Positions 17,621-25,357 of a stretch of DNA of 32,000 nucleotides are shown piece by piece. The stretch comes from Aciduliprofundum boonei T469 (GTDB taxonomy: Archaea; Thermoplasmatota; Thermoplasmata; Thermoplasmatales; Aciduliprofundaceae): the NCBI RefSeq assembly GCF_000025665.1, contig NC_013926.1, positions 510,001 to 542,000 of the forward strand, in the 5' to 3' direction. How positions within the stretch are numbered: the first letter of the stretch is position 1; the number at the start of each line of letters is the position of its first letter. The notes under the pieces are model-generated. The model worked only from the letters and a program-made list of their open reading frames with translations. It made no database searches and was not told where the DNA came from. A program made the translations under genes and the position numbers.

Positions 17621-19663
17621 TCATTTGCGGTGGAAAAATATAACCGCTGCAATTGTTATAGCTAGTACAGGCAAGAGTATTGCATTGAATTCTGGAACGA
17701 CCCCGTTAACTTGGTAGTCACTCACAGAATCTTCTGTGGTGATTAGAATATCGTTGTTATTTGTAGCTACACGACCCCATCCAGATTCTGCTCTCCAGGA
17801 CATTCTAGCTATATTTGTATGAGTATGCTGTCCGATTACATCCCCACGCCAGAGCAATGTGCCGTCAGAGCCACTGTAAATGCGGATGAAAGTATCCACA
17901 GAAGGCTCGCCATTGGATAATGCGGTGGAATAATACATCGTGATTTCAATATCATTTATTCCATCTCCGTTTACATCGCCCATCATTACTGCCAGGGTAC
18001 TCCATGAATTGAAATTGGTGTTTGAAACCGAACTATTCACTTTGAAAGATAAGATCTTGGAGCCATCTTTCATAGATATAACCGTTACATTTGCATAAAC
18101 TCCAGAAGAGTCAGCAGTATAACCCTGGATAATTATATCATCCCCGTACCCATCTCCATTTAAATCTGAGAAATACACCGGATATATCGGTCCCATTGCT
18201 ACATTTATCACATGTTCATAAATAGCACTCCAAATAATATTTCCGGTTGCACCATCCAATGCAGTGTAGTTGATCTGGTACCAGTACTGGCCAGGGCTCA
18301 TATTTCCCCCGTATAAAAACAGGTCATCTATGCCATCCCCGTTTATATCCTGTTTTGATAGAAGCAAACTATAATAAGTGCTGGTTCCTCCACTCAAATC
18401 TTTTGTATACAGGGTTTTATTATCCTTTATGTCAAATGCTACAAGGAGAGAGTAATTTACAAGAAATGCAAAATCTCTGTACCCATCTCCATTCAAATCT
18501 ATCGTATTATGCTCCACTGCCCCCGGTTTTGAGGGATTAAAAGTGTATGAGGGCATGGCATTTTGAATTGGAACTATTTTGCTCGAATTGTATCTTGCTA
18601 TGAGATTCCCATCAGCATCTACAAAGTACATGTAGGTCTGATTGGATTTATAATTAAAGTTTGTGATTTGCAGGTCAACCTTGCTATCGTTGTTGTAATC
18701 TATGAAATTTATGGTTCCGAAGAAATCAAAGGGTGAGGATATGGGCATCAATCCGGGCAAGGTTATATTCCATAGGATACTTCCATCGGTTGCTTCCATC
18801 GCCTCAATATTTGTATTCCCTGTGGTCTCATTTACAAAGATAATATCTGCACCTTCAAACTCAGTGTTCTCTTGATCGAATCCCAATCCGTTTAATTGAG
18901 TTATTTCCATTCCCAGGGGCATAGTTCCACTTGTTGAAGGTGATAACTCTTTTCTCTGCCATGCTATATTCAGGTCATAATCCAGCATGGTTGCGTTGAG
19001 TTCAACAACATTATAACCGTAATAAGATCCACTGTAGTATCCCATAATCAATAAACCCTCTTTGGCAGAATAGTTGTAATTTTGAATCCATATTTCTAAA
19101 TAGTGCATACTTATTGGTATAGAGCCATAGGGTGTTTTTATGCTTGTGGGTATTTCTATACCTTTGTAAGATTCATTGCTCAAATCATTGCCAAGCTTGT
19201 AGATGGAAATTCTGTTATTATCACTGTGATTTCCAAAAATCACAAATTGATATGATGCTTGCAAGTTTCCATTGTTATCTATGTATGTCACAGAATAAAC
19301 AGAGGGCCCTACAGGCGCGGATTTATATTCAACATCTGTGAATTTATTCTGATAAAGAACGCTTCCATCTGCTCCACTGAGAAGGATTAAGGTGTATGTG
19401 CCAGCTGTGTAGTTGTATATTTCAACAAGCACATCTGTAACACCATCACCGTTTACATCATAATGCAGTGAGGTCTCCATGCTGCATCTCGGTGTATGCA
19501 TGGTAGCATCGTATGTTGTATCCATCTTTGGTTTATATGTCCAAATCTCCTGCGGTGAGAAATTCGTGCTAGATGCTCTTACAGAGACTGCACCTACCGA
19601 TAGTAAAAGCATAGCTATTACAACTCCAAATATTAAATACCTCCCCTCCATACATTCACCCAT
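17621..19663 (-). CDS. FG-GAP/VCBS-repeat beta-propeller surface protein, signal peptide plus C-terminal TM anchor
   Basis: Ca-binding-like DxNGDGxxD loops recur (DVNGDGVTDV, DLNGDGYRDF, DINGDGIDDL, DLNGDGYGDD, DVNGDGINDI). There is an N-terminal hydrophobic signal and a C-terminal LLPVLAITIAAVIFFHRK. Many NxS/T sequons are present. The start could also be the Met at 19651. Confidence 0.8.
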   Translation of the reverse strand: MGECMEGRYLIFGVVIAMLLLSVGAVSVRASSTNFSPQEIWTYKPKMDTTYDATMHTPRCSMETSLHYDVNGDGVTDVLVEIYNYTAGTYTLILLSGADGSVLYQNKFTDVEYKSAPVGPSVYSVTYIDNNGNLQASYQFVIFGNHSDNNRISIYKLGNDLSNESYKGIEIPTSIKTPYGSIPISMHYLEIWIQNYNYSAKEGLLIMGYYSGSYYGYNVVELNATMLDYDLNIAWQRKELSPSTSGTMPLGMEITQLNGLGFDQENTEFEGADIIFVNETTGNTNIEAMEATDGSILWNITLPGLMPISSPFDFFGTINFIDYNNDSKVDLQITNFNYKSNQTYMYFVDADGNLIARYNSSKIVPIQNAMPSYTFNPSKPGAVEHNTIDLNGDGYRDFAFLVNYSLLVAFDIKDNKTLYTKDLSGGTSTYYSLLLSKQDINGDGIDDLFLYGGNMSPGQYWYQINYTALDGATGNIIWSAIYEHVINVAMGPIYPVYFSDLNGDGYGDDIIIQGYTADSSGVYANVTVISMKDGSKILSFKVNSSVSNTNFNSWSTLAVMMGDVNGDGINDIEITMYYSTALSNGEPSVDTFIRIYSGSDGTLLWRGDVIGQHTHTNIARMSWRAESGWGRVATNNNDILITTEDSVSDYQVNGVVPEFNAILLPVLAITIAAVIFFHRK

Positions 19664-19678
19664 TTAAATAAAGGGGTT

Positions 19679-19966
19679 TTAGTATTTTAATATTTTGAAT
19701 TTTGGTTCTTCTATCCAAGTGCTGTGGCACTTGGGGCATTTCTTTGGAAATTTAATCCCTGCTCTGAATTGATATCCACATTTTTTACATCTTGCAGGCA
19801 TAACTACCAATTTTCCATATTTTTGAGAATTTGCTATGTGCTTTAAGTCTTCTAAGACATCCCTAACAGATATTTCCATAATTTTTGCAATCTCGGATGG
19901 ACTGAGAGCATTATCCTCAATGATTTCTGCAATTCTCTCCCTTCTTGTTTTCCACTCTTCACTCAA
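19679..19966 (-). CDS. small HTH plus C-terminal zinc-ribbon transcriptional regulator (COG3357-like)
   Basis: RIAEIIEDNALSPSEIAKIMEISVRDVLEDLKHI is HTH-like, and CKKCGY...CPKCHS is a Zn ribbon. I prefer the TTG start at 19966, which is preceded by GGAGGGAGAAAA and overlaps the queH stop within TTGAGTGA. The longer track ORF (to 20065) would overlap queH by 107 nt. Confidence 0.6.
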   Translation of the reverse strand: MSEEWKTRRERIAEIIEDNALSPSEIAKIMEISVRDVLEDLKHIANSQKYGKLVVMPARCKKCGYQFRAGIKFPKKCPKCHSTWIEEPKFKILKY

Positions 19967-20531
19967 TTTTCTCCCTCCAGTACCTATCTGCTTCGCTGTA
20001 AATACAACCGCAGTATCCTTGGCGATAAATTCCCGCTTCCCTTGCCATCCTTTCCCCTTCATCAAACCATTTGCGCATATCCTCGTAGTAGAAATCTATC
20101 CCAGTGCTTTTTCCTATCTTTTCTCCAATTTCTTTTATGAGTTCATGCTTTTGATAGGGAGCAAGGAGGAGGGTGGTGGAGAAGAGATCAAAATTCATCT
20201 CTTTTGCCTTTTGGGCTGTTCTGTACAATCTATCTGCATAGCAGTACTTGCAACGAAGAACATTGCTCTTCTTGCTCAAAATACTCGTCTTGTATAGCCA
20301 ATCTTCCAGGGGATAAGAGTAGTCATAAATCACCTTTGCCCCAATTTTTTTTGTGTATTCTTTGAATGCCTTTAACCTTCTGAGGTATTCTCTATAAGGT
20401 TGTATGTTCGGATTGTACCAAAAAATTGTTATATCGTACTTCTCACTCAAGTGCTTGTAAGGAGCCATGAGGCAAGGAGCACAGCAAGCGTGAAGAAGCA
20501 TACGCATGAGCAGAGTAATTAATTTATGCAA
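19959..20531 (-). CDS. queH: epoxyqueuosine reductase QueH-like (DUF208)
   Basis: N-terminal LLHACCAPC, mid RCKYCY and C-terminal YRQGYCGCIYSE match the conserved Cys clusters of DUF208/QueH. The length fits (about 180-190 aa). The start may be Met9 or Met11 (20507 or 20501). Confidence 0.75.
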   Translation of the reverse strand: MHKLITLLMRMLLHACCAPCLMAPYKHLSEKYDITIFWYNPNIQPYREYLRRLKAFKEYTKKIGAKVIYDYSYPLEDWLYKTSILSKKSNVLRCKYCYADRLYRTAQKAKEMNFDLFSTTLLLAPYQKHELIKEIGEKIGKSTGIDFYYEDMRKWFDEGERMAREAGIYRQGYCGCIYSEADRYWREKIE

Positions 20532-20623
20532 TTAATCCTTTGCCGTAGGGAAAACTATTAATATTTTTTGTCGCATAGAAAACTTTATATAGGAACACTT
20601 TAATATATGGATTGGTGATAGAT

Positions 20624-20986
20624 ATGAAGTCTGCCGAAATGACAGAAAATGACAAAAAGCTTGCGGAACTGTTGCAAAAAGCAGGTTTATCACGCAATGT
20701 AGCAAAGACGCTGGCTTACATGCACAACAGAGAGGAGGTCATATCTGTGGAAATAGAGAAAAATACAGGGCTCAGGCAACCAGAGGTTAGCATTGCAATG
20801 AAGTACCTTCGCGAAAAGGGATGGATTGTTAAAAGGGATATAAAGAAGGAGGGTAAAGGAAGGCCTGTGCATGGATACAAGCTTGCAAAGCCATTTCCGA
20901 AGATCTTGGAGGAGATAGAGAAGGAGTTGAGGGGCAAGATAAAAGATATAGAGAACATTATAAAGAATCTCCAGAACTTGTCATAA
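20624..20986 (+). CDS. ArsR/winged-helix family transcriptional regulator
   Basis: ISVEIEKNTGLRQPEVSIAMKYLREKGWIVKRDIKKEGKGRPVHGYKL shows a helix-turn-helix plus beta-wing pattern. I prefer the ATG at 20624 over the TTG at 20612. The 3' end overlaps the convergent rpiA by 29 nt. Confidence 0.7.
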   Translation: MKSAEMTENDKKLAELLQKAGLSRNVAKTLAYMHNREEVISVEIEKNTGLRQPEVSIAMKYLREKGWIVKRDIKKEGKGRPVHGYKLAKPFPKILEEIEKELRGKIKDIENIIKNLQNLS

Positions 20987-21650
20987 TTTCTATTTTATCT
21001 TTTTTTCCAACTATTACTTTGTTTGCCAAGCCCACGAATAGCCCTACCTCTACAACTCCCGGTATCTCATCGATCCTTCTTTCCAGCTTTGCAGGCTCGT
21101 CAATTCTCTCAAATTTACAATCCACGATATAATTGCCGTTGTCGGTTATGTACGCTTCCCCATTTTTCACCCTAAGCAAGGGTTTGCAGCCCAGGGTTGA
21201 TAGAACATTCATTGTTCTCTTGTATCCGAATTTTACAATCTCTATTGGCAAGGGAAAATCTCCCAAAACGCTTTTTACTTTGCTCTCGTCCACCACGATG
21301 ATTTCATATTTTGAAGCGTGAGCAATCATCTTCTCCCTGAGAAGAGCGCCACCCCCTCCCTTTATCAAATTCAAATTTCTATCAACTTCATCAGCTCCAT
21401 CTATTGTCAAATCAATGACTTGGTAATCGTTGATGCTTCCCAATTTTATTCCCATCTCCTTTGCAAGTTTTTCTGTTGCAATTGATGTGGGTATCCCTAT
21501 TATATCCAAGCCATCTTTTACAAGCTCCCCGAGTTTGAGAATGGTGTATTTTACAGTAGAGCCAGTTCCTAAGCCCACAACCATGCCGTCTTTTATGTAT
21601 TTCACAGCTTTCTCTCCCGCCTTCCTTTTCAATTCTTCTTTTAGCTCCAT
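20958..21650 (-). CDS. rpiA: ribose-5-phosphate isomerase A
   Basis: The classic RpiA motifs are present: GLGTGSTV, DGADEVD and KGGGGALLREK. Confidence 0.95.
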   Translation of the reverse strand: MELKEELKRKAGEKAVKYIKDGMVVGLGTGSTVKYTILKLGELVKDGLDIIGIPTSIATEKLAKEMGIKLGSINDYQVIDLTIDGADEVDRNLNLIKGGGGALLREKMIAHASKYEIIVVDESKVKSVLGDFPLPIEIVKFGYKRTMNVLSTLGCKPLLRVKNGEAYITDNGNYIVDCKFERIDEPAKLERRIDEIPGVVEVGLFVGLANKVIVGKKDKIEIMTSSGDSL

Positions 21651-22318
21651 ACTCTTTCCTCCAAAATTGTTCTTAAAGGAGATATGTAAATACCCAATGT
21701 GAAGTTTTCTATGCCAACAATTCTAATTGTGAGTTCGTACTTGTAAGTACCTATGACTTCAACTCTATATCCTCTTCTCTCCACTCTGCTTATAAAATTC
21801 TTTTTGAATTCTATACCTATGGCATCGTACTTTTCAATTTTATCATAAAAATTTTCATTTAGGCATATTAACCTTTTTGAGCCCTTTATCTCTTCTATGA
21901 GTTCAAGAGTGCGCAGCTCGTCCACAACTCTGTAAGCAGTTGAGCGACTTACATGCCTGTAAAGAAAGGGCATATCCCTGCATCTTTCCTTGAGAGAATT
22001 TACAATGAGCCAACCACTCTTTTTGTTTATCAATGCGAATAGAGGTACATCTTCATCCATAACAAGCCCAGATGGATAAAACAGCCTTTTCTTATGCTCT
22101 CTCTTCTCTATAAATCCATTTTCTATCAATTTTCTCAGGTGCCATTCAACATCTTGCACATCATAGTTTAAGGTTTTTGCAATAGCGGATGATGTCTGAC
22201 AAGGTGCCCTTGTTAGTTCCCTGAATACATCTCTCCTATGCTTGCTTGCAAATATATGGAAGCCCCTTTCTTTTTCTTCCTCCCTTATCAGATTTTTAAG
22301 CTGGGAGGCGAGTTTCAA
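21641..22318 (-). CDS. tandem winged-helix DNA-binding protein
   Basis: There are two wHTH-like units. The first is RDVFRELTRAPCQTSSAIAKTLNYDVQDVEWHLRKLIENGFIEKRE. The second is RHVSRSTAYRVVDELRTLELIEEIKG. The TTG start overlaps the KaiC-like stop (TTGA), and the stop overlaps the rpiA start by 10 nt. Confidence 0.6.
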   Translation of the reverse strand: MKLASQLKNLIREEEKERGFHIFASKHRRDVFRELTRAPCQTSSAIAKTLNYDVQDVEWHLRKLIENGFIEKREHKKRLFYPSGLVMDEDVPLFALINKKSGWLIVNSLKERCRDMPFLYRHVSRSTAYRVVDELRTLELIEEIKGSKRLICLNENFYDKIEKYDAIGIEFKKNFISRVERRGYRVEVIGTYKYELTIRIVGIENFTLGIYISPLRTILEERVWS

Positions 22319-23184
22319 GAGAATTCCTCCACCAACATGTCAGCGAGTTCATCTAAATTTATGTCTTCAAGGTCTTCATCGTTTAATTTTGATATGAGCT
22401 TTCTTACTCTTTCTTGCACGATGGGGGATGCGTTCTTGAGTTTCTCCATAACTTTCTTTTCAAGCTCTTCTACATTGAGCCTTGTATGCTTCATATGATA
22501 ACTTCCGCGCATAACCACGAGTCCTAAACCTCGGACGATTTTGTAAGGAAATATTTTCTCGCTATGCCTGCTTCCCCTCATCTTTATGATTTTTAAATCT
22601 CTGCGGGTATTATCCTCCACATACCTGTAGCGCAGATGAATTATAGAATCTGCCAGATACATGGGAATTGCTGTTTCTGGGGCAGATAGATTTGCAGGGC
22701 CATGCTCCTCCAAGGTAGCCACTACAGTTCCTATTTTTCTCATCTCTTTGAGCATAAACCCCAACAGCTCTCTTTGTTCATACCTTGATGGTGTAGCCCA
22801 TACCACAGGTGTTAAAGGGTCTATGGCAATTCTGGTATTAGCCCCCAGCCAGGTTGATACGAAATCGGGGAGCTCTTTCCTTATGAATGCTTTGAATTCC
22901 TTCCCAGAGGCATCCACAAAAATTAATTTTTCCTCTTCCACAAAGTATGTGATATCATCCCACCCCATGTTTAAAGCGTCTCTAATTATCTGCTCTTTAT
23001 TCTCATCCAGGCTTATGAATATGCAATCTTGACCGTCCAGCAAACCCCTCCTTATGAACTGAGTGGCAAAGGTGGTTTTGCCCGCACCTGTTGAGCCTAT
23101 TATTACTGTTGAAGACTTGTTCATCAATCCCCCATCAAGAGGTGCGTCAAGTCCTAAGATTCCCGTCTTTATCTTTTCATCCAT
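22315..23184 (-). CDS. single-domain KaiC/RecA-like ATPase with acidic C-terminal extension
   Basis: From Met74 of the track ORF the sequence reads MDEKIKTGILGLDAPLDGGL...IIGSTGAGKTTFATQF (Walker A). RIAIDPLT is Walker B-like and TLEEHG is present. The 73 upstream codons run into the IS element and look like non-coding read-through. Confidence 0.85.
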   Translation of the reverse strand: MDEKIKTGILGLDAPLDGGLMNKSSTVIIGSTGAGKTTFATQFIRRGLLDGQDCIFISLDENKEQIIRDALNMGWDDITYFVEEEKLIFVDASGKEFKAFIRKELPDFVSTWLGANTRIAIDPLTPVVWATPSRYEQRELLGFMLKEMRKIGTVVATLEEHGPANLSAPETAIPMYLADSIIHLRYRYVEDNTRRDLKIIKMRGSRHSEKIFPYKIVRGLGLVVMRGSYHMKHTRLNVEELEKKVMEKLKNASPIVQERVRKLISKLNDEDLEDINLDELADMLVEEFS

Positions 23185-23220
23185 ACATCTTTTATGAGTG
23201 ATGCAATATTTAAAATTTTT

Positions 23221-23227
23221 TAAAAGT
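23221..23227. repeat. left target-site duplication of the IS (TAAAAGT, possibly 9 bp TAAAAGTGG)
   Basis: The same string occurs at 24166-24172 (or to 24174), immediately outside the other IS end. Confidence 0.55.
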
Positions 23228-24165
23228 GGGATAAGTTGAATTCCTCGAAAAACATGAAAAAAGAAGAATAAAAATAAGGAAGGATTAGACATAGAGATCA
23301 TAGGCAAGAACTTTGAAGAGCAGGAGTTTAGAAGCACCAGAGAAAGAATGGGAAAATATGTAATCTCCAACAACTCTTTTGAAAGAGTGGAAGACTGATT
23401 CAATTACATTTCTATGCGAGTACTTCTTTTTCCAGTCAGGTGATTTGCTCTTTTCTAACAATCTCCTTCGCAATCCTCTTCTTGCTTTATTACGGATTGC
23501 TATGTATGGAGTTCCTCCTTTATTCAGAACAAATCGTATGTTACGTAGAGAATCATAGCCCTTATCTGCATACACTTCTTTTACTCTCTCTTCCTCCAAA
23601 AGAGGAATGAGGTACGGTGAATCGTTAGTGTGCCATTTTGTAACTATTGCATTGGTAATGAGCTTCCTCTCAATATCCACAGCAGCATGCAATTTCAATC
23701 CTTCTCTTATTTTTCCTACTTCTCCGATTCGCTGTGTGTAGTAGTATGAACGGTAATAAATTTGAATACCTGTGGAATCCACTGCAAATTTATTGGGTAT
23801 TCCCATTATTTTCACTATTTCTCTAAGCACAATGCGAATCCATCGTTCTGGTATTCTTCTCAACTCTCTTGAAATTGTGCTTTTATGGGGGATTTTCTTC
23901 AATCTCATTACCCTCTTTATCTTTCTCATTTCTCGCACAATCTGGAGCATTCTTTCTATACTTCCCACATACTGTGTCAGCACTATCAGCATCATGTGCT
24001 GGTGCAGAGTGTAATCTTTCCTAGAGTACTTGCTCCAGTAAAGAGGAATATTTGCTCTCTTTAGAGCTTTCATCCCCATTTTCACAACCTTGTACAGGTC
24101 TAATTTCCTGCTCATCCTTTATTTATATCCCCTATTTTATTTTTATGTGGGGTTGCAACTCACCC
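23228..24165 (-). mobile_element. IS4/IS5-superfamily insertion sequence (about 0.94 kb, single transposase)
   Basis: A DDE transposase ORF is flanked by imperfect terminal inverted repeats. The left end is GGGATAAGTTGAATTCC. The reverse complement of the right end is GGGTGAGTTGCAACCCC. Direct repeats TAAAAGT(GG) flank the element. Boundaries are uncertain by about 2 nt. Confidence 0.75.
23285..24115 (-). CDS. DDE transposase, IS4/IS5 type (DDE_Tnp_1-like)
   Basis: D1 lies in FAVDSTG and D2 in VYADKGYDS. The YREK signature Y-x2-R-x3-E-x6-K is seen in YSHRNVIESVFHSFK. The reading frame is intact. Confidence 0.9.
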   Translation of the reverse strand: MSRKLDLYKVVKMGMKALKRANIPLYWSKYSRKDYTLHQHMMLIVLTQYVGSIERMLQIVREMRKIKRVMRLKKIPHKSTISRELRRIPERWIRIVLREIVKIMGIPNKFAVDSTGIQIYYRSYYYTQRIGEVGKIREGLKLHAAVDIERKLITNAIVTKWHTNDSPYLIPLLEEERVKEVYADKGYDSLRNIRFVLNKGGTPYIAIRNKARRGLRRRLLEKSKSPDWKKKYSHRNVIESVFHSFKRVVGDYIFSHSFSGASKLLLFKVLAYDLYV

Positions 24166-24172
24166 TAAAAGT
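24166..24172. repeat. right target-site duplication of the IS (TAAAAGT, possibly 9 bp)
   Basis: It is identical to 23221-23227 and abuts the right inverted repeat. Confidence 0.55.
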
Positions 24173-24181
24173 GGTAAGCGA

Positions 24182-24190
24182 TTTATAAAA
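24182..24190 (+). promoter_or_regulatory. putative TATA box (TTTATAAAA) for the 24209 gene
   Basis: The AT-rich element ends about 19 nt upstream of ATG 24209 and lies just outside the IS right end. Confidence 0.35.
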
Positions 24191-24208
24191 GGAGTGCATT
24201 GGGTTTTT

Positions 24209-25357
24209 ATGAAAGTTGTTGTAGGAATTGTTGCGATCCTTGCTTTAATTCTTCTCATCCCTGCTGTGCATTCTTCGCAGCCATCACAGGGCTGGGGATA
24301 CAAATGGAATTTTAAGAATGGAGAGATAGAAAATGCGAGTTTTGTGGGAAGGATGAGTGGAAATAGGGTTATGGGATTGTACATCGAGCCTGCAATTTAT
24401 GAGAATGGAATTTACAATATGTCCTATAAGGGCTCTTACTATGCCTATGGATTTATGAATGGTGTATGGAAAGGTAAAAATGCTACAGTATATGGAGAGT
24501 ATCATAACTCCACTATCCAGCTCTATTGGGTTAACTGGGATGGTTATATTCTAATGAAGAAGGTGAACATGGAGATAAATGGAAAGAATTACAGCTTTTA
24601 TGGAGTTGTAAAGCAATATATCCATCTATATACCCCAGAGCCAAGGGATGAGTATCTGAATGTAAGCTCTTTTATTCCTAAACCTTTTCAAATGTGGGAT
24701 AATAGTACGAGCGAGATCAAAGCAACATACGATATGAAAATGTTCATCTCTTATAATTCCTCTTTGCCCTATATTCTCAACGAAGATGGAAATTTAAGTT
24801 ATTATATGAAAGCAAAGTACTGGGGAGATGTAAGAGCGAGCATTAATGGTTATGCTACTGCTAGAGTTAGTGTGAAATGGATTAATAATACGGTCACTAT
24901 CCATAGAGATCTCACAGGGAATTTCAATAAAGAATTCAAAGGCATTATCAATTTTAAGGCGCATATTTTCAGGCATGGAAACTATGTGCAGAGAGTTGAT
25001 ATATTGGAAAACATACCATTTTCGTTTGCAGGGATACCATATCTGCCTTATAAAAAGGCCAATTCTTCAGAGGAGCTTGGTTGGTGGCTGCGTGGTTCTC
25101 TCTTGGATTTAATTGCGTTCAATAATGATGCAAAGCTTGAAAATGGATTTTACACGCAAATTACCTTGAACAGGCTCTTTGTGAGATATACATCGGAGCC
25201 AGCTAAAGAAGTTGAGATTGATAGTATGATGAAAGAAGCACCGCAGTTGTATGGAGAGTACAGAATGCAGAGTGTGGCAATTTATGCGAGCACAATAGTT
25301 GCAGTATCCATCATTGTGACTATTCTTGCGGTGAGTTTTTCCAAGAGAAAGAATTAG
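24209..25357 (+). CDS. hypothetical secreted, C-terminally anchored protein rich in N-glycosylation sequons
   Basis: MKVVVGIVAILALILLIPAVHS is a signal peptide. The C-terminal VAIYASTIVAVSIIVTILAVSFSKRKN is a TM anchor. I count 11 NxS/T sequons by eye. I recognised no family. Confidence 0.6.
   Translation: MKVVVGIVAILALILLIPAVHSSQPSQGWGYKWNFKNGEIENASFVGRMSGNRVMGLYIEPAIYENGIYNMSYKGSYYAYGFMNGVWKGKNATVYGEYHNSTIQLYWVNWDGYILMKKVNMEINGKNYSFYGVVKQYIHLYTPEPRDEYLNVSSFIPKPFQMWDNSTSEIKATYDMKMFISYNSSLPYILNEDGNLSYYMKAKYWGDVRASINGYATARVSVKWINNTVTIHRDLTGNFNKEFKGIINFKAHIFRHGNYVQRVDILENIPFSFAGIPYLPYKKANSSEELGWWLRGSLLDLIAFNNDAKLENGFYTQITLNRLFVRYTSEPAKEVEIDSMMKEAPQLYGEYRMQSVAIYASTIVAVSIIVTILAVSFSKRKN

Noticed and set aside
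19967-20065. Long form (128 aa) of the HTH/Zn-ribbon ORF
   Set aside because: It would overlap the queH C-terminus by 107 nt in another frame. A TTG preceded by GGAGGGAG at 19966 gives a protein of typical size with the usual stop/start overlap.
19836-20297. 153-aa plus-strand ORF
   Set aside because: It is antisense to both queH and the HTH/Zn-ribbon gene. Its sequence is low-complexity and hydrophobic, with no promoter or Shine-Dalgarno context.
20532-20623. preQ1-type riboswitch upstream of queH
   Set aside because: I looked for the compact preQ1 aptamer pattern (a short hairpin followed by an A-rich tail with conserved CUA/ACC elements) on the minus strand. I found only AT-rich promoter-like sequence with no convincing stem.
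23185-23403. N-terminal 73 codons of the 362-aa track ORF (22315-23403)
   Set aside because: The extension runs through the promoter region, the IS inverted repeat and the 3' end of the transposase gene. Its sequence is low-complexity (LFLFFFFHVF). The KaiC-like homology begins precisely at Met74 (MDEKIKTGILGLD).
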